Below, piece after piece: positions 19,058 through 28,362 of a stretch of 41,765 bases of DNA (position 1 is the first letter of the stretch; every line of letters starts with the position of its first letter). The notes under the pieces are model-generated. The model did not search any database. It was not told the DNA's origin and was given only the letters and a program-made list of their open reading frames with translations. Source of the stretch: an uncultured Planctomycetaceae bacterium. GTDB taxonomy: Bacteria; Planctomycetota; Planctomycetia; Pirellulales; UBA1268. The stretch is from positions 1 through 41,765 of the forward strand of contig CAIRDU010000145.1 of the NCBI GenBank assembly GCA_903877395.1, written 5' to 3'. Made by a program: the position numbers and the translations under genes.

Positions 19058-20041
19058 ATGCTGAAGCGTTCGGCTATGCGGCAGCCGTTGGCAGCGGGCC
19101 CCGCAGGCATGCTGGTTGCTGGTTTGGCATTGGGCTTGGCGGCAGCCGGCAGTTTGTTTTCTGTTCGGGCGATGGCCGCGCCCGCTCAAACGGACGAGGC
19201 TTTTGCAAGCGGAGTGGCGATGGTGCCCAAGGACGCTGCCTTTGTCTCATCCACGCTCCGTCTGCGTGAACAGTATCAGACATTTCTTAAGAGCAACGCA
19301 TGTGCGGCGCTCAAAAAGCTGCCTGCGGTGGCTCGGGCAATCGAATCGATTGAGGAGCAAACAACCCAGCCTGGAAGTCCGCTTTCGATGGTGGCCACGT
19401 TTATGGAACTGCCCGAGAACGAACAGGCTCTCGAGTTGCTCAAGGACATGATTTCCACCGACACCTTTCTTTATGGCGAACCCTCCTGTGTTACGTTTCT
19501 GGATTTGATGAAGAAACTGCAGCAGGCTCAGCAGGCCGCAGCCATCCTGCAGATGGCCAGTGGCGACAGGTCGCTGGGCGGCATCGACATCGAGGCCTTT
19601 ACGGATATCAAGGCTGACGACGAGGAGGAGATGGAAGAAGAGGACGACGATGAAGAAGAGGACGATGAAGAAGAGGACGATGAAGAAGAGGACGAAGGCG
19701 CAGCAGTTCCCCGCCGCCGTCCCGTGTGGCCGGTGCGTTTTCAGGTGGCGGAGGCCGACGAGGAGTTGGCCGAACCGATTTCGTCCCAAGAACTGACAAC
19801 CCGCCTGCTCATTCAAACACTCATCGACAACGTGGATTCGATTGTTATTCCAGACTTAGTGTGGGGATTTCAGACCACAAAACTGGATATCGGCAGATCC
19901 CAACTCAAGCGAATTGAGGTGCTCGTCAAGCTTTTTACGCAGGCCAATCCGGATCTGGCGGAGTCACTTGAGCGACGCAAGATCGGGGGGGGGGGATGTG
20001 GTGATGTTTACGCTCAAGGGACACATGGTTCCTTGGGATGA
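19058..20041 (+). CDS. Exported hypothetical protein, N-terminal fragment (frameshifted at the G11 tract)
   Basis: Signal peptide-like LVAGLALGLAAAGSLFSVRAMA and an acidic tract. Natural-looking sequence ends at RRKIGGG, at the G11 run, and continues in the next frame. Confidence 0.7.
   Translation: MLKRSAMRQPLAAGPAGMLVAGLALGLAAAGSLFSVRAMAAPAQTDEAFASGVAMVPKDAAFVSSTLRLREQYQTFLKSNACAALKKLPAVARAIESIEEQTTQPGSPLSMVATFMELPENEQALELLKDMISTDTFLYGEPSCVTFLDLMKKLQQAQQAAAILQMASGDRSLGGIDIEAFTDIKADDEEEMEEEDDDEEEDDEEEDDEEEDEGAAVPRRRPVWPVRFQVAEADEELAEPISSQELTTRLLIQTLIDNVDSIVIPDLVWGFQTTKLDIGRSQLKRIEVLVKLFTQANPDLAESLERRKIGGGGCGDVYAQGTHGSLG
19634..19695 (+). repeat. 15-bp tandem repeat GAAGAAGAGGACGAT (about 4 copies) encoding EEEDD
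   Basis: Exact copies at 19652-19666 and 19667-19681, near-complete copies at 19634 and 19682. Confidence 0.9.
19985..19995 (+). repeat. G11 homopolymer at the frameshift junction
   Basis: AAG ATC (G)11 ATGTG. Ten G would give KI-GGG-DVVMF and fuse the two ORFs. Confidence 0.9.
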
Positions 20042-21536
20042 ACTTGTTCGGGAGGCAACTGAAGGGATGGAAATCGATGGGCTCGACGCGGTCGTCGAGA
20101 GGCTCCGTAGCCTCCATTTTGTCGTGGCGATCGGCGTGATCGGCGATCGTGTGATCCTCTCGATCGGCGACTCGGTCGACCACCTCGAAAAACTTGTTGT
20201 GAAAAAAGACGGCGGTGCGGGGTTGCTTGCCACAAAGCCTTTGGAGCCCCTTTTGGCACATAAAGACAAGCCCATCACCAGCGTTTTCTACATGAGTCAG
20301 TCGCTTGCCACGTCGCTGGCTCCGTCGGCGGATGACATTGCACAGATGGCAAAGCTCAGCGACCTGGCTGCCGAAGCCGCTGGCCTGTCCGAAGGAGCCG
20401 CCGCAGACGCCCGCAAAAACCTCGCGAAGGTTGCCGAGGGATACAAGAAGCGGCTGCCTGTGCCCGGCCCGTGGCTTGGGTTCTCGTTTATGGCACCCGA
20501 AGGCTACGAGGGATACTCGTGGAATTGGACTCAGAATCTGCCGGTCGACGGGTCGAAGCGGCTGGAGCTTTTGGAACACACGGGTGGCGCGCCGCTGGGG
20601 GCTATTGTCTTTCGAGCCAAGGCAGCCCCCGGCCAGTTTGAGGATTTCGTGCTGTGGTCTGACATGGGATGGTCTTTCTTCAAAAAATATTTGCTTCCAA
20701 AGGCTGATGCAAACAACCGAGAACAATTCGATGAAGTCGAGGAGCACTTGGGGCCTTTAGCCACTCAGTTCGTAGGTATCCTGCGAAAGAAGATCTTGCC
20801 GTCTCTGGCTGACGGCCAGATCGGGTTTGTGCTCGATGCCAAGAGTAAGGCTAAGAAGATTCAGAATGAGCTGCCAGAATCAGCAGAACCGCTGCCGCTC
20901 TTCGAGCCAGCCATCGTGCTTGGGCTCAGTGACCCCAAGCTTTTTCGAGAGGGGATGAGCGATCTGTTTGCACTCGGGGATGAACTCGTTGACCAGATTA
21001 GGGAGCTGAACCCTGACGCGGTTCCCGCTGATTACCGTGTGCCCGAACCAGAGAGTTCGAAGGTCGAAGGCGGAATGCTCTGGTCATTTGCCATCCCCGA
21101 TGCGGGACTCGACGAGCAGGTGAAACCTTCAATTGGGGTGGGAGCCGATGCGGCTGTGTTTGCATTTCTGCCCAAGCAGGTCGGTCGTCTCTTGATAGAG
21201 ACTCGCCTTGAAACTGGTTCGCAATTGTCGAAGTTTGACGAGCCTCTGGCCGCTGCGGCCGCGATAGATTTCGCGGGGCTGATCGATGCGGTGCAGCCCT
21301 GGGTTGTCTATCTGACCCGTTATGGCTGTGTGCTCCAGCGAGACGGGGAGGTTGATAAAGATATAGAGCTCACGGCCGACGTGGAGAACGAGCAGGCCAA
21401 AGACGCGCTCAAGCAAGTGGCCGTCGTATTTGATGTGCTCCGATCGCTGCGAGTGGCTGTTGCCGAGACAGCAGTCAAGTCGGACGCCACGGTCACTCAT
21501 TGGCAAAACGTCATTCGGGATTTGCCTGCCGAATAA
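20004..21536 (+). CDS. Hypothetical protein, C-terminal fragment of the frameshifted gene
   Basis: Long open frame (19914-21536) whose natural-looking part begins right after the G11 tract. It has no signal peptide of its own. Confidence 0.7.
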   Translation: MFTLKGHMVPWDELVREATEGMEIDGLDAVVERLRSLHFVVAIGVIGDRVILSIGDSVDHLEKLVVKKDGGAGLLATKPLEPLLAHKDKPITSVFYMSQSLATSLAPSADDIAQMAKLSDLAAEAAGLSEGAAADARKNLAKVAEGYKKRLPVPGPWLGFSFMAPEGYEGYSWNWTQNLPVDGSKRLELLEHTGGAPLGAIVFRAKAAPGQFEDFVLWSDMGWSFFKKYLLPKADANNREQFDEVEEHLGPLATQFVGILRKKILPSLADGQIGFVLDAKSKAKKIQNELPESAEPLPLFEPAIVLGLSDPKLFREGMSDLFALGDELVDQIRELNPDAVPADYRVPEPESSKVEGGMLWSFAIPDAGLDEQVKPSIGVGADAAVFAFLPKQVGRLLIETRLETGSQLSKFDEPLAAAAAIDFAGLIDAVQPWVVYLTRYGCVLQRDGEVDKDIELTADVENEQAKDALKQVAVVFDVLRSLRVAVAETAVKSDATVTHWQNVIRDLPAE

Positions 21537-22350
21537 AGTCTTCGCCCAAGACGAACTGCTCGATCGCCTTTGCAAAGCCTTCGTTGGCATGTGAGTCGGT
21601 CGTGGCACTGGCTACCGACTTGACCGCTTCGGCTGCATTGCCCATCGCGATACTAAACCCTGATTTGCGAAACATCAGCACGTCGTTGAGCCCGTCTCCG
21701 ATCGTGACGATCTCCTCGAACGGGATGTTCAAAACGCCTGCCAGATATTCGGCGACCGCCCCTTTGTTGGCGTCACGATGGGTGATGTCGAGGTAATACG
21801 GCTGCGAGCGGCTGGCTGATACCCGTTGGCCGAACAAAGTCTTTGAGGCGGTCGTGCATCGCTGAACTGCATCGAGGTCGTCGCTGACACCCACCACCTT
21901 GATGGCCCCTTGGATCGTTGTGCCAAAGTCGGCAACGACGGTGGGTGCAAATTGAACCGTCGAGGATTCATGTCTCACGTGGGCCCCATTCCATGCAGGC
22001 ACAAACCAAGCGTTGCCGCTGTACACCCACGGCTCAAGGCCGTGTGAACGAATGAGTTCGATTGCTTCGCCAACGACATCCTCGGGCAGCTTTTTTTCCT
22101 CAAAACACTCTCGTTTTTCGCTCATGAACATGCCGCCGTTGAAGCCGGCGATGGGAGTGTCGAGTTGCAGCGGTTCGATCAGCATTTCCATGCCGCGAGG
22201 CGGTCGGCCGCTGGTAACAGCAAATCGGATGTTGGCATCGCGTAAGCGGCTGACGGCCTGCCGAGCGCGTGGCGTCAATACTTTGTCGGCGTTCACGAGT
22301 GTGCCGTCCACGTCGCTCAGCACGAGCGAAATCTTCCGAGGAGCGTGCAT
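21511..22350 (-). CDS. Cof-type HAD-IIB family phosphatase
   Basis: Motif I SDVDGTLV, motif II TSGR, motif III NKG, motif IV IGDGLNDVLMF, AMGNA. Confidence 0.92.
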   Translation of the reverse strand: MHAPRKISLVLSDVDGTLVNADKVLTPRARQAVSRLRDANIRFAVTSGRPPRGMEMLIEPLQLDTPIAGFNGGMFMSEKRECFEEKKLPEDVVGEAIELIRSHGLEPWVYSGNAWFVPAWNGAHVRHESSTVQFAPTVVADFGTTIQGAIKVVGVSDDLDAVQRCTTASKTLFGQRVSASRSQPYYLDITHRDANKGAVAEYLAGVLNIPFEEIVTIGDGLNDVLMFRKSGFSIAMGNAAEAVKSVASATTDSHANEGFAKAIEQFVLGEDFIRQANPE

Positions 22351-22361
22351 AGAGAAGCCCT

Positions 22362-23495
22362 TTAGTTCGTCAATGGGTATCGCAGAAGGCCTCGCATAAA
22401 AATATCGCCACCAGGATAGGCGACAGACTCAATGTCGAGTGCTGATGCGTCGGAAATGCCGGAAAGGTCGTCTCCTGAGAGTGGCGATTGGATGGCATTA
22501 CCCCCGATGATTTTCGGTGCGATAAATGCCCAGACTTCATCGATCGCCTTGTGAGCAAACAAGCTGCCCAGCACTTCAGAGCCACCCTCCACAAGAACGT
22601 TTGTCATCCGGCGATTGCCCAGTTCCTGGAGAAGCGATTCCAAGCGAGCGGCGCGAGACGGTTCGCGTCCCTGCCAGATGTGGCAACCACTTTCACGTAA
22701 GGCGGCCAGTCGCTGGATGGGGGGGGATGGGCCGGTGGCCACAAGCAGCGGTATTTCTCTGGCCGACTTCACCAACTGGCTGGAGAGAGGCAAGCGGGCC
22801 TGCGTGTCGAGCACAATTCGCAGCGGTTGTCGCGGGCCCGTCGGACGGGCTGTAAGGAGTGGGTCGTCGGCAATCGCCGTGCCGATGCCAACTACGATCG
22901 CGTCGACTCTGCCTCGCAGTTCATGCACAATGGCTCGAGATTCTTCGGACGAGATCCACCGACTGTCCGGTGGATGAGTGGCCATGCGGCCATCCAGGCT
23001 CATGGCCCACTTCGCAATCAACCACGGTTTGTTCTGCGTGACAAGCTTGCAAAATGGGGCGATCAGACGCATCCCTTCCTTTGATTGGAGGCCTACCTCC
23101 ACCGCCACGCCCGCCGCCTGAAGCGAGGCTATCCCACGCCCGTTGACGGCAGGAAATGGGTCGCGCGAGGCCACAACCACTCTAGCAATGCCTGCGGCGA
23201 TGATGGCCGATGTGCATGGAGGCGTTTTGCCTTGATGGCAGCAGGGTTCGAGCGTTACGTAGAGCGTACCGCCACGGGCCTTCGTGCCAGCTGCCGCGAG
23301 TGCAGCCACCTCAGCATGCGCTTCGCCAAAACGAGCGTGCCAGCCTTCCGCAACAATAGCCGTGCCGTCGGATGAGGCGATGACTGCACCAACCAATGGA
23401 TTTGGCTCGACATGCCCCTGCCCACGCAGCGCCAACTCGAGGGCTCGCTGCATGGCCGTTGAGTCAAACACTTGGCGAGACGTTGCAATACCCAT
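22362..23495 (-). CDS. ribD: Bifunctional riboflavin biosynthesis deaminase/reductase
   Basis: PNPLVGAV, HAE, TLEPCCHQGKTPPC, AMSLDG, VGIGTAIADDPLLTAR, VEGG. ATG 23495 lies one base after the TGA of the upstream gene. Confidence 0.95.
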   Translation of the reverse strand: MGIATSRQVFDSTAMQRALELALRGQGHVEPNPLVGAVIASSDGTAIVAEGWHARFGEAHAEVAALAAAGTKARGGTLYVTLEPCCHQGKTPPCTSAIIAAGIARVVVASRDPFPAVNGRGIASLQAAGVAVEVGLQSKEGMRLIAPFCKLVTQNKPWLIAKWAMSLDGRMATHPPDSRWISSEESRAIVHELRGRVDAIVVGIGTAIADDPLLTARPTGPRQPLRIVLDTQARLPLSSQLVKSAREIPLLVATGPSPPIQRLAALRESGCHIWQGREPSRAARLESLLQELGNRRMTNVLVEGGSEVLGSLFAHKAIDEVWAFIAPKIIGGNAIQSPLSGDDLSGISDASALDIESVAYPGGDIFMRGLLRYPLTN

Positions 23496-23496
23496 C

Positions 23497-25665
23497 TCAC
23501 GGCGTCCAGATGGCCTTCTTCTCGCCTGGTGGCGTAGATTGCTGGCTCCCGGGAGTCCAGAGTGCGCTGCCTGTGGACTGAGCAGTAGCACTCGTGCCCG
23601 CTGAGCCGAGAGCCGGTACTCCGCCGCCTTGGGCCTGTCCTGCAAAGCTGGACAGATCGATCCCAGCCTCGCTGAGCACCGCAGCGAGCGATTCAAGGAC
23701 CTTCTGATCTCGTGAGTGATCCCGTCGCAGATGATCCAGCAACCGCATGATGTCGGCCTGATCGCCCCGCTGCAACCGAATGCGGAGTTCAGCCACGTCA
23801 ATCATGCCGTCGCTGGCCTTGAGCGTTGTGGCAAGTGCCCGCAACTCTTGAATGATTTCGAGTTTCCGCACGCTGGACTCGGCGCGATCCTCAAGTAGGC
23901 TCCAGGCCTCCATGCGATCTACCGGCGCGGCGTCGGATCGTGCCACAATCGCCTCTGCGGCCCGTTCGGCTGCCAGATCAAAACCCGCATCAACCGCCGT
24001 CATAAAGAGTCCGCGAAGTTGGTCTAGGTCCACCGACCCCAGCGACACACGATGCCAACGCATTGGAGGCACATCCTGCATGGGGGTGGCAGATTCAATG
24101 GCAGAGGGCACAGCTACGCCCAATTGCAATCGCATAGCGGCCCAGGCATCTGCAGCATCGCGGCGTCGCGAGGTGGCTTCTCCCTCCGACAGCAACGCCT
24201 CGACTCGCCAGGCACCTTCTGGCTGCTTGAGCGACTCTCTCGGCGACTTGCCTAGGAGTTCCGGCAGTGGCGTATCAGGCCAGACGGCACGGAACCGCTC
24301 CAAAGCCGCTGCCTGCTGCTCTTGAAACATTTTTTCAAAGACCGATGCCTCGCCTAGCGGCGTGCTTTCCTTCAGACTTTCTGGTGGCTGCATTCGAAAC
24401 TGCGCGGACAGCAGCCAGTTGGTTGGCGTGGTGGAAGGCATTCCCTCACGCTCGGCTTCCGCTGCAAAAGACACGTGCAGCAGCGGCTCTACGATCCGCT
24501 TGGCTCGAGCCACATCGGGCGCAAATCCCTGCAGGATAACTTCCGGATCGCGGTCGGTCTGCCGGCCAAAGATGAGCAACAGCGCCAGCAGTTGCGAGGC
24601 CTTGCCAGGGATGGCCGGTGGCTCATACACACGCCATACCGAACGCGGTGGCACCGCACCGCGAGAAACCCATTCAGATCGCTCGAATGGGGAGGTATCG
24701 AAGAGGGCATTGTGACGGAGTGTGTCTTCGAGGAGTTCGATGGAGCCAGCCTCGCCGGCAGCCAGCGGGGCCTTGGCTCGCTCAAACGGCACCTGAGGCG
24801 ATCGGTCTTCGTCTGCCTCAGTTTCTAGAGCAATGGCGCGGCCAGTGGCTTCGACGGCATCGTCGTACGGGACGTCCTGCAGCCGAGCAACGCCCAGCCA
24901 CGCCTCAGACGCTTCAAATGGGCGAGCCAGCATCTCGCAGAGGATGGCGATATTGGTGAAGAGCGGCCGGCTATGGGGAGTCAAGTTTTTAAGTGAATGA
25001 AACATCGCCAAGGCGGCAGAGAGTTTCCAGTCGCGGGCGGCATGAAGAGCCGCATCAAATTCTGTTTTCCCGGGAGAGTTTTGGAGAGCTTCCGAAAAAC
25101 GTACCTTCGTGCGGAGTGCCGCAGGTACCCCCGATGAGCCAACGATCGATGCTAGGAGCCGCCGGTCTTCTGGGGTGCTGAGTGATTTATCGATCAGCCA
25201 CTCAACGATCCCTTGCGCACATCCAGTGTGGCCAGCCTGAGCACTGGCCTGCACGAGCGTGGCTGCGATGTTGATCATGTCCGGCGAGACATCTGCTCCC
25301 GCAGTTTCGCGGGCCTTGTCAAACAAGGCCGCCGATTCCTGCAACCGTCCGGCAATCGCGTTGGCCACCGCGGCGTGCCCAAGGGCCAGTGGATTGTCAG
25401 GAAAAGCTGACAGAAAAGCCTGGCTGCTCGCCGCTGCTGCAGCAAATTTCCGAGAGCCCAACTCCAGCTTGACTCGCATGGCCATCAGGCAGGCGCGATT
25501 GGGCGTTCGCTGTGAGAGGCGTTCGACTTGCTCGAGTGCAGCGGATATTTGGTCCCCTTCGATGAGTCGGTCGAGTTGCTCCAAATCGGACACCAATTCG
25601 GTGCAACAAAACTTGATTTTTTTTCCAGTGCCGCCGGGACACGCTGCGTAGGGGTCGATGGGCAT
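23497..25665 (-). CDS. Conserved hypothetical helical-repeat protein with an N-terminal SEC-C-like motif
   Basis: SD AGGAG before ATG 25665. N-terminus MPIDPYAACPGGTGKKIKFCC, TPR-like Ala/Leu-rich helices, C-terminal LWTPG...IWTP. Confidence 0.75.
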   Translation of the reverse strand: MPIDPYAACPGGTGKKIKFCCTELVSDLEQLDRLIEGDQISAALEQVERLSQRTPNRACLMAMRVKLELGSRKFAAAAASSQAFLSAFPDNPLALGHAAVANAIAGRLQESAALFDKARETAGADVSPDMINIAATLVQASAQAGHTGCAQGIVEWLIDKSLSTPEDRRLLASIVGSSGVPAALRTKVRFSEALQNSPGKTEFDAALHAARDWKLSAALAMFHSLKNLTPHSRPLFTNIAILCEMLARPFEASEAWLGVARLQDVPYDDAVEATGRAIALETEADEDRSPQVPFERAKAPLAAGEAGSIELLEDTLRHNALFDTSPFERSEWVSRGAVPPRSVWRVYEPPAIPGKASQLLALLLIFGRQTDRDPEVILQGFAPDVARAKRIVEPLLHVSFAAEAEREGMPSTTPTNWLLSAQFRMQPPESLKESTPLGEASVFEKMFQEQQAAALERFRAVWPDTPLPELLGKSPRESLKQPEGAWRVEALLSEGEATSRRRDAADAWAAMRLQLGVAVPSAIESATPMQDVPPMRWHRVSLGSVDLDQLRGLFMTAVDAGFDLAAERAAEAIVARSDAAPVDRMEAWSLLEDRAESSVRKLEIIQELRALATTLKASDGMIDVAELRIRLQRGDQADIMRLLDHLRRDHSRDQKVLESLAAVLSEAGIDLSSFAGQAQGGGVPALGSAGTSATAQSTGSALWTPGSQQSTPPGEKKAIWTP

Positions 25666-25761
25666 ACGCTGAAAATCTCCTCTGCCAAACAGGGACAATA
25701 GAAACCCAGACAATAAAATAACGAAGACAATGACCAAGCCCACGGCTAGGCAGTCCTGTGC

Positions 25762-25777
25762 CATGGGCATGCCCATG
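25762..25777. promoter_or_regulatory. Perfect 16-bp palindrome CATGGGCATGCCCATG in a divergent intergenic region
   Basis: Sequence equals its own reverse complement. It lies between two divergent start codons (25665 and 25966). Confidence 0.45.
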
Positions 25778-25965
25778 AAATATACCAGAGCCGCGGCGCG
25801 CCGAAAGATGCCCGAAGAGGCAGCTTCTTTCACGTGCAGATCCGTGGGGTGTCACTGCAGCGAGTTGCCGGTTCGTTGTGAACTCGGCATACTGACGTGG
25901 TTCGATAGCGAGTGTACGGCGGCCGTCGCTTTATTTCATTCGCTTTCACGCGCACACAGTTCGCC

Positions 25966-27360
25966 ATGCGGCAACCTCGCATTCTCGTCGTCGATTCCTC
26001 AGGGGCTACCGGTCTGCCCTACGCCACACTCGTGGCGAGATTGCAGCCGATGGAACTGCGAGTGGAGACATCGCTCGAGAAAGCGCTAGGCAGCCTCGCT
26101 CGCGACGCGTGGGATTTGGGCATCGTCACAGCGAGGCTCGGGCCGACGGCAGATGTGCTTTACAACGCGCTCAAAAAAGCCGATCCGCAACTCCCAATGG
26201 TGGTGATCGATCCGCATCCCAGCGTCGACACGGCGAGAGCTTGCTTGCAAGCGGGGGCTGGCGATTACTTGGACCTCAAACGAGTGGAGACCGACCTCGA
26301 AGACTCGCTCGTGCGTCTCTTGTCATCCTCCCGGCGGATGGCCGCCGAGGAAGTGCTCAGGCGAGCGGTTGAGCGGCCGTATTCGTTCGATGATTTTTTA
26401 GGCGAGAGTTCGCCGATGCAGCACGTCTATTCGATTATTGATCGGGTGGCGACAAGCTCCGTGGATGTTCTTGTGACAGGCGAAACAGGCACCGGCAAGG
26501 AACTCGTCGCCCGCTCCTTGCATAGTCGCAGCCGTCGTGCGGCGGGCCCATTTGTGCCGGTAGACTGTGGTGCGATCCCAGATGCTTTGATGGAGAGTGA
26601 GCTTTTTGGGCACGAGCGAGGTGCATTTACTGGGGCCGATGCCCGACGCATGGGGTTGGTGGAGTTTGCCGACGGCGGCACGTTGTTTTTAGATGAGGTT
26701 GGTGAACTGCCGCTGCCCTTGCAGGCGAAGCTACTGCGAGTGCTGCAAGAACGCCGAGTGCGACGAGTTGGCGCGAGGCAAGAGACTGCCGTCGACGTGC
26801 GAGTCGTTGCCGCTACTTCTCGCAATCTCGACACCATGCTCGAACGCGCCGAGTTTCGTCGCGACCTCTTTTATAGAATCAACGTGGTGCGGATCGACCT
26901 GCCGCCGCTGCGGGCACGCGGCGATGACATCGGCCTGCTGGCCGAATATTTTGCAAACCGGGCCAGCCAAGAGATGGGCAAGGCCACAGGAGGGCTCTCG
27001 ACAGATGCCTATCAGGTGCTTCGGAGCTATCACTGGCCAGGTAATGTGCGTGAATTGCAAAATGTGGTACGGCGGGCGATCGCCATGGCGCGCACCACGA
27101 TGGCTGGCGTCGAGGACTTGCCGGACGAACTCGTTGCTGCAGCAGGCCATGCGGTTGGTGCGGAAGCGGGAGCCGTAGGCTATTTCGCGCAGCGTGCCAT
27201 CCATAGTGCGAGATTCGAAAAGCAGTACCTCACCGAATTACTCTCCCGGCATTTGGGAGACGTTTCCGCAGCGGCCCGCGAGGCGCATCTCCCACGAGGC
27301 ACGCTCTATCGCCTCATGAAGAGCCATGGCCTCGATGGCTCCAGCTTTCGTCGCCCGTGA
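25966..27360 (+). CDS. Sigma-54-dependent Fis-family transcriptional activator (NtrC-like) with a degenerate receiver domain
   Basis: Walker A GETGTGKE, ESELFGHERGAFTGA, Walker B LFLDEV, RRDLFYRINV, WPGNVRELQN, and a C-terminal Fis HTH. The receiver-like N-terminus lacks the phosphoacceptor Asp. Confidence 0.92.
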   Translation: MRQPRILVVDSSGATGLPYATLVARLQPMELRVETSLEKALGSLARDAWDLGIVTARLGPTADVLYNALKKADPQLPMVVIDPHPSVDTARACLQAGAGDYLDLKRVETDLEDSLVRLLSSSRRMAAEEVLRRAVERPYSFDDFLGESSPMQHVYSIIDRVATSSVDVLVTGETGTGKELVARSLHSRSRRAAGPFVPVDCGAIPDALMESELFGHERGAFTGADARRMGLVEFADGGTLFLDEVGELPLPLQAKLLRVLQERRVRRVGARQETAVDVRVVAATSRNLDTMLERAEFRRDLFYRINVVRIDLPPLRARGDDIGLLAEYFANRASQEMGKATGGLSTDAYQVLRSYHWPGNVRELQNVVRRAIAMARTTMAGVEDLPDELVAAAGHAVGAEAGAVGYFAQRAIHSARFEKQYLTELLSRHLGDVSAAAREAHLPRGTLYRLMKSHGLDGSSFRRP

Positions 27361-27816
27361 ATTGTCTGAATTGGAAAACGCAGTTCATCTACAACGTGGG
27401 GTCTTGCGAGACTTTATTCCGCTCCAATTTTATGCGTTTTTATAGCGTTTGGCCCGTTCGATAAACGCTGGGTTGCGGGTTGTGGTGATCACCTTCTGGA
27501 TGGGTGCAAGAAACGCATCTTTATTCGAATTCCGCATGGCGCGACGAGCGAACTGGAGGCAACAGCCGGTCTGCAAAAGCGCTATCGGGTGAGTGAATTG
27601 CCATGGAGCCACACTCGATGCGATGCGTATCATTTTCGTGACTGCGCGCCTCGGCTGCGAGACACTTCGCCAAGAAGACTTCAAACAGCGGCTGGAACTG
27701 CAGGCCGGCAGAGGCGTGAGGGACGCAAGTGGCTTTTGCTCGAACCGGCGCTCTGGAAATGCGACAGCACGTCGAGACAGAATAGCGAAGTGCTTGCAGA
27801 ACCAAGCTGCTAGTGT

Positions 27817-27833
27817 TCGGCATGCGGTGTGCA
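27817..27833 (+). promoter_or_regulatory. Putative sigma-54 (-24/-12) promoter of glnB
   Basis: TCGGCATGCGGTGTGCA: GG at 27819-27820, 10 nt, GC at 27831-27832. Close to the YTGGCACG-N4-TTGCW consensus, about 115 nt before glnB and downstream of a sigma-54 activator gene. Confidence 0.65.
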
Positions 27834-27843
27834 TGGATATTGA

Positions 27844-28287
<444 letters not shown>

Positions 28288-28331
28288 ACGACTGATACCG
28301 CGCGTTGTCAGGGGACTTGCTGGCACGGCTT

Positions 28332-28353
28332 GTACGCCACCGCGGTGGTGTAC
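28332..28353. terminator. Strong hairpin between convergent glnB and fumC
   Basis: GTACGCCACCGCGGTGGTGTAC is self-complementary with a single G-U pair. No clear U-tract. Confidence 0.5.
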
Positions 28354-28362
28354 GCATCAGAG

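Noticed and set aside
19634-19695. Direct repeats as a CRISPR array
   Set aside because: Contiguous 15-bp in-frame coding repeats with no spacers, and no cas genes in the window.
22719-22726. G8 run in ribD (and the A8 run near 15261 in pheT) as phase-variable tracts
   Set aside because: Reading frames are intact, the genes are housekeeping and the runs are short.
23496-23801. Long N-terminal extension of ribD (likewise fhcD, tmk, mutY and the 25833 start)
   Set aside because: The extensions overlap neighbouring genes or promoters and lack family similarity. Downstream starts have better SD or coupling context.
25751-25764. TGGCACAGGACTGC on the minus strand as a sigma-54 promoter
   Set aside because: GG-GC spacing is 9 nt instead of the strict 10.
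28320-28336. CTGGCACGGCTTGTAC after glnB as a sigma-54 promoter
   Set aside because: Good -24 box, but the -12 position is AC rather than GC, and it points into the 3' end of the convergent fumC.
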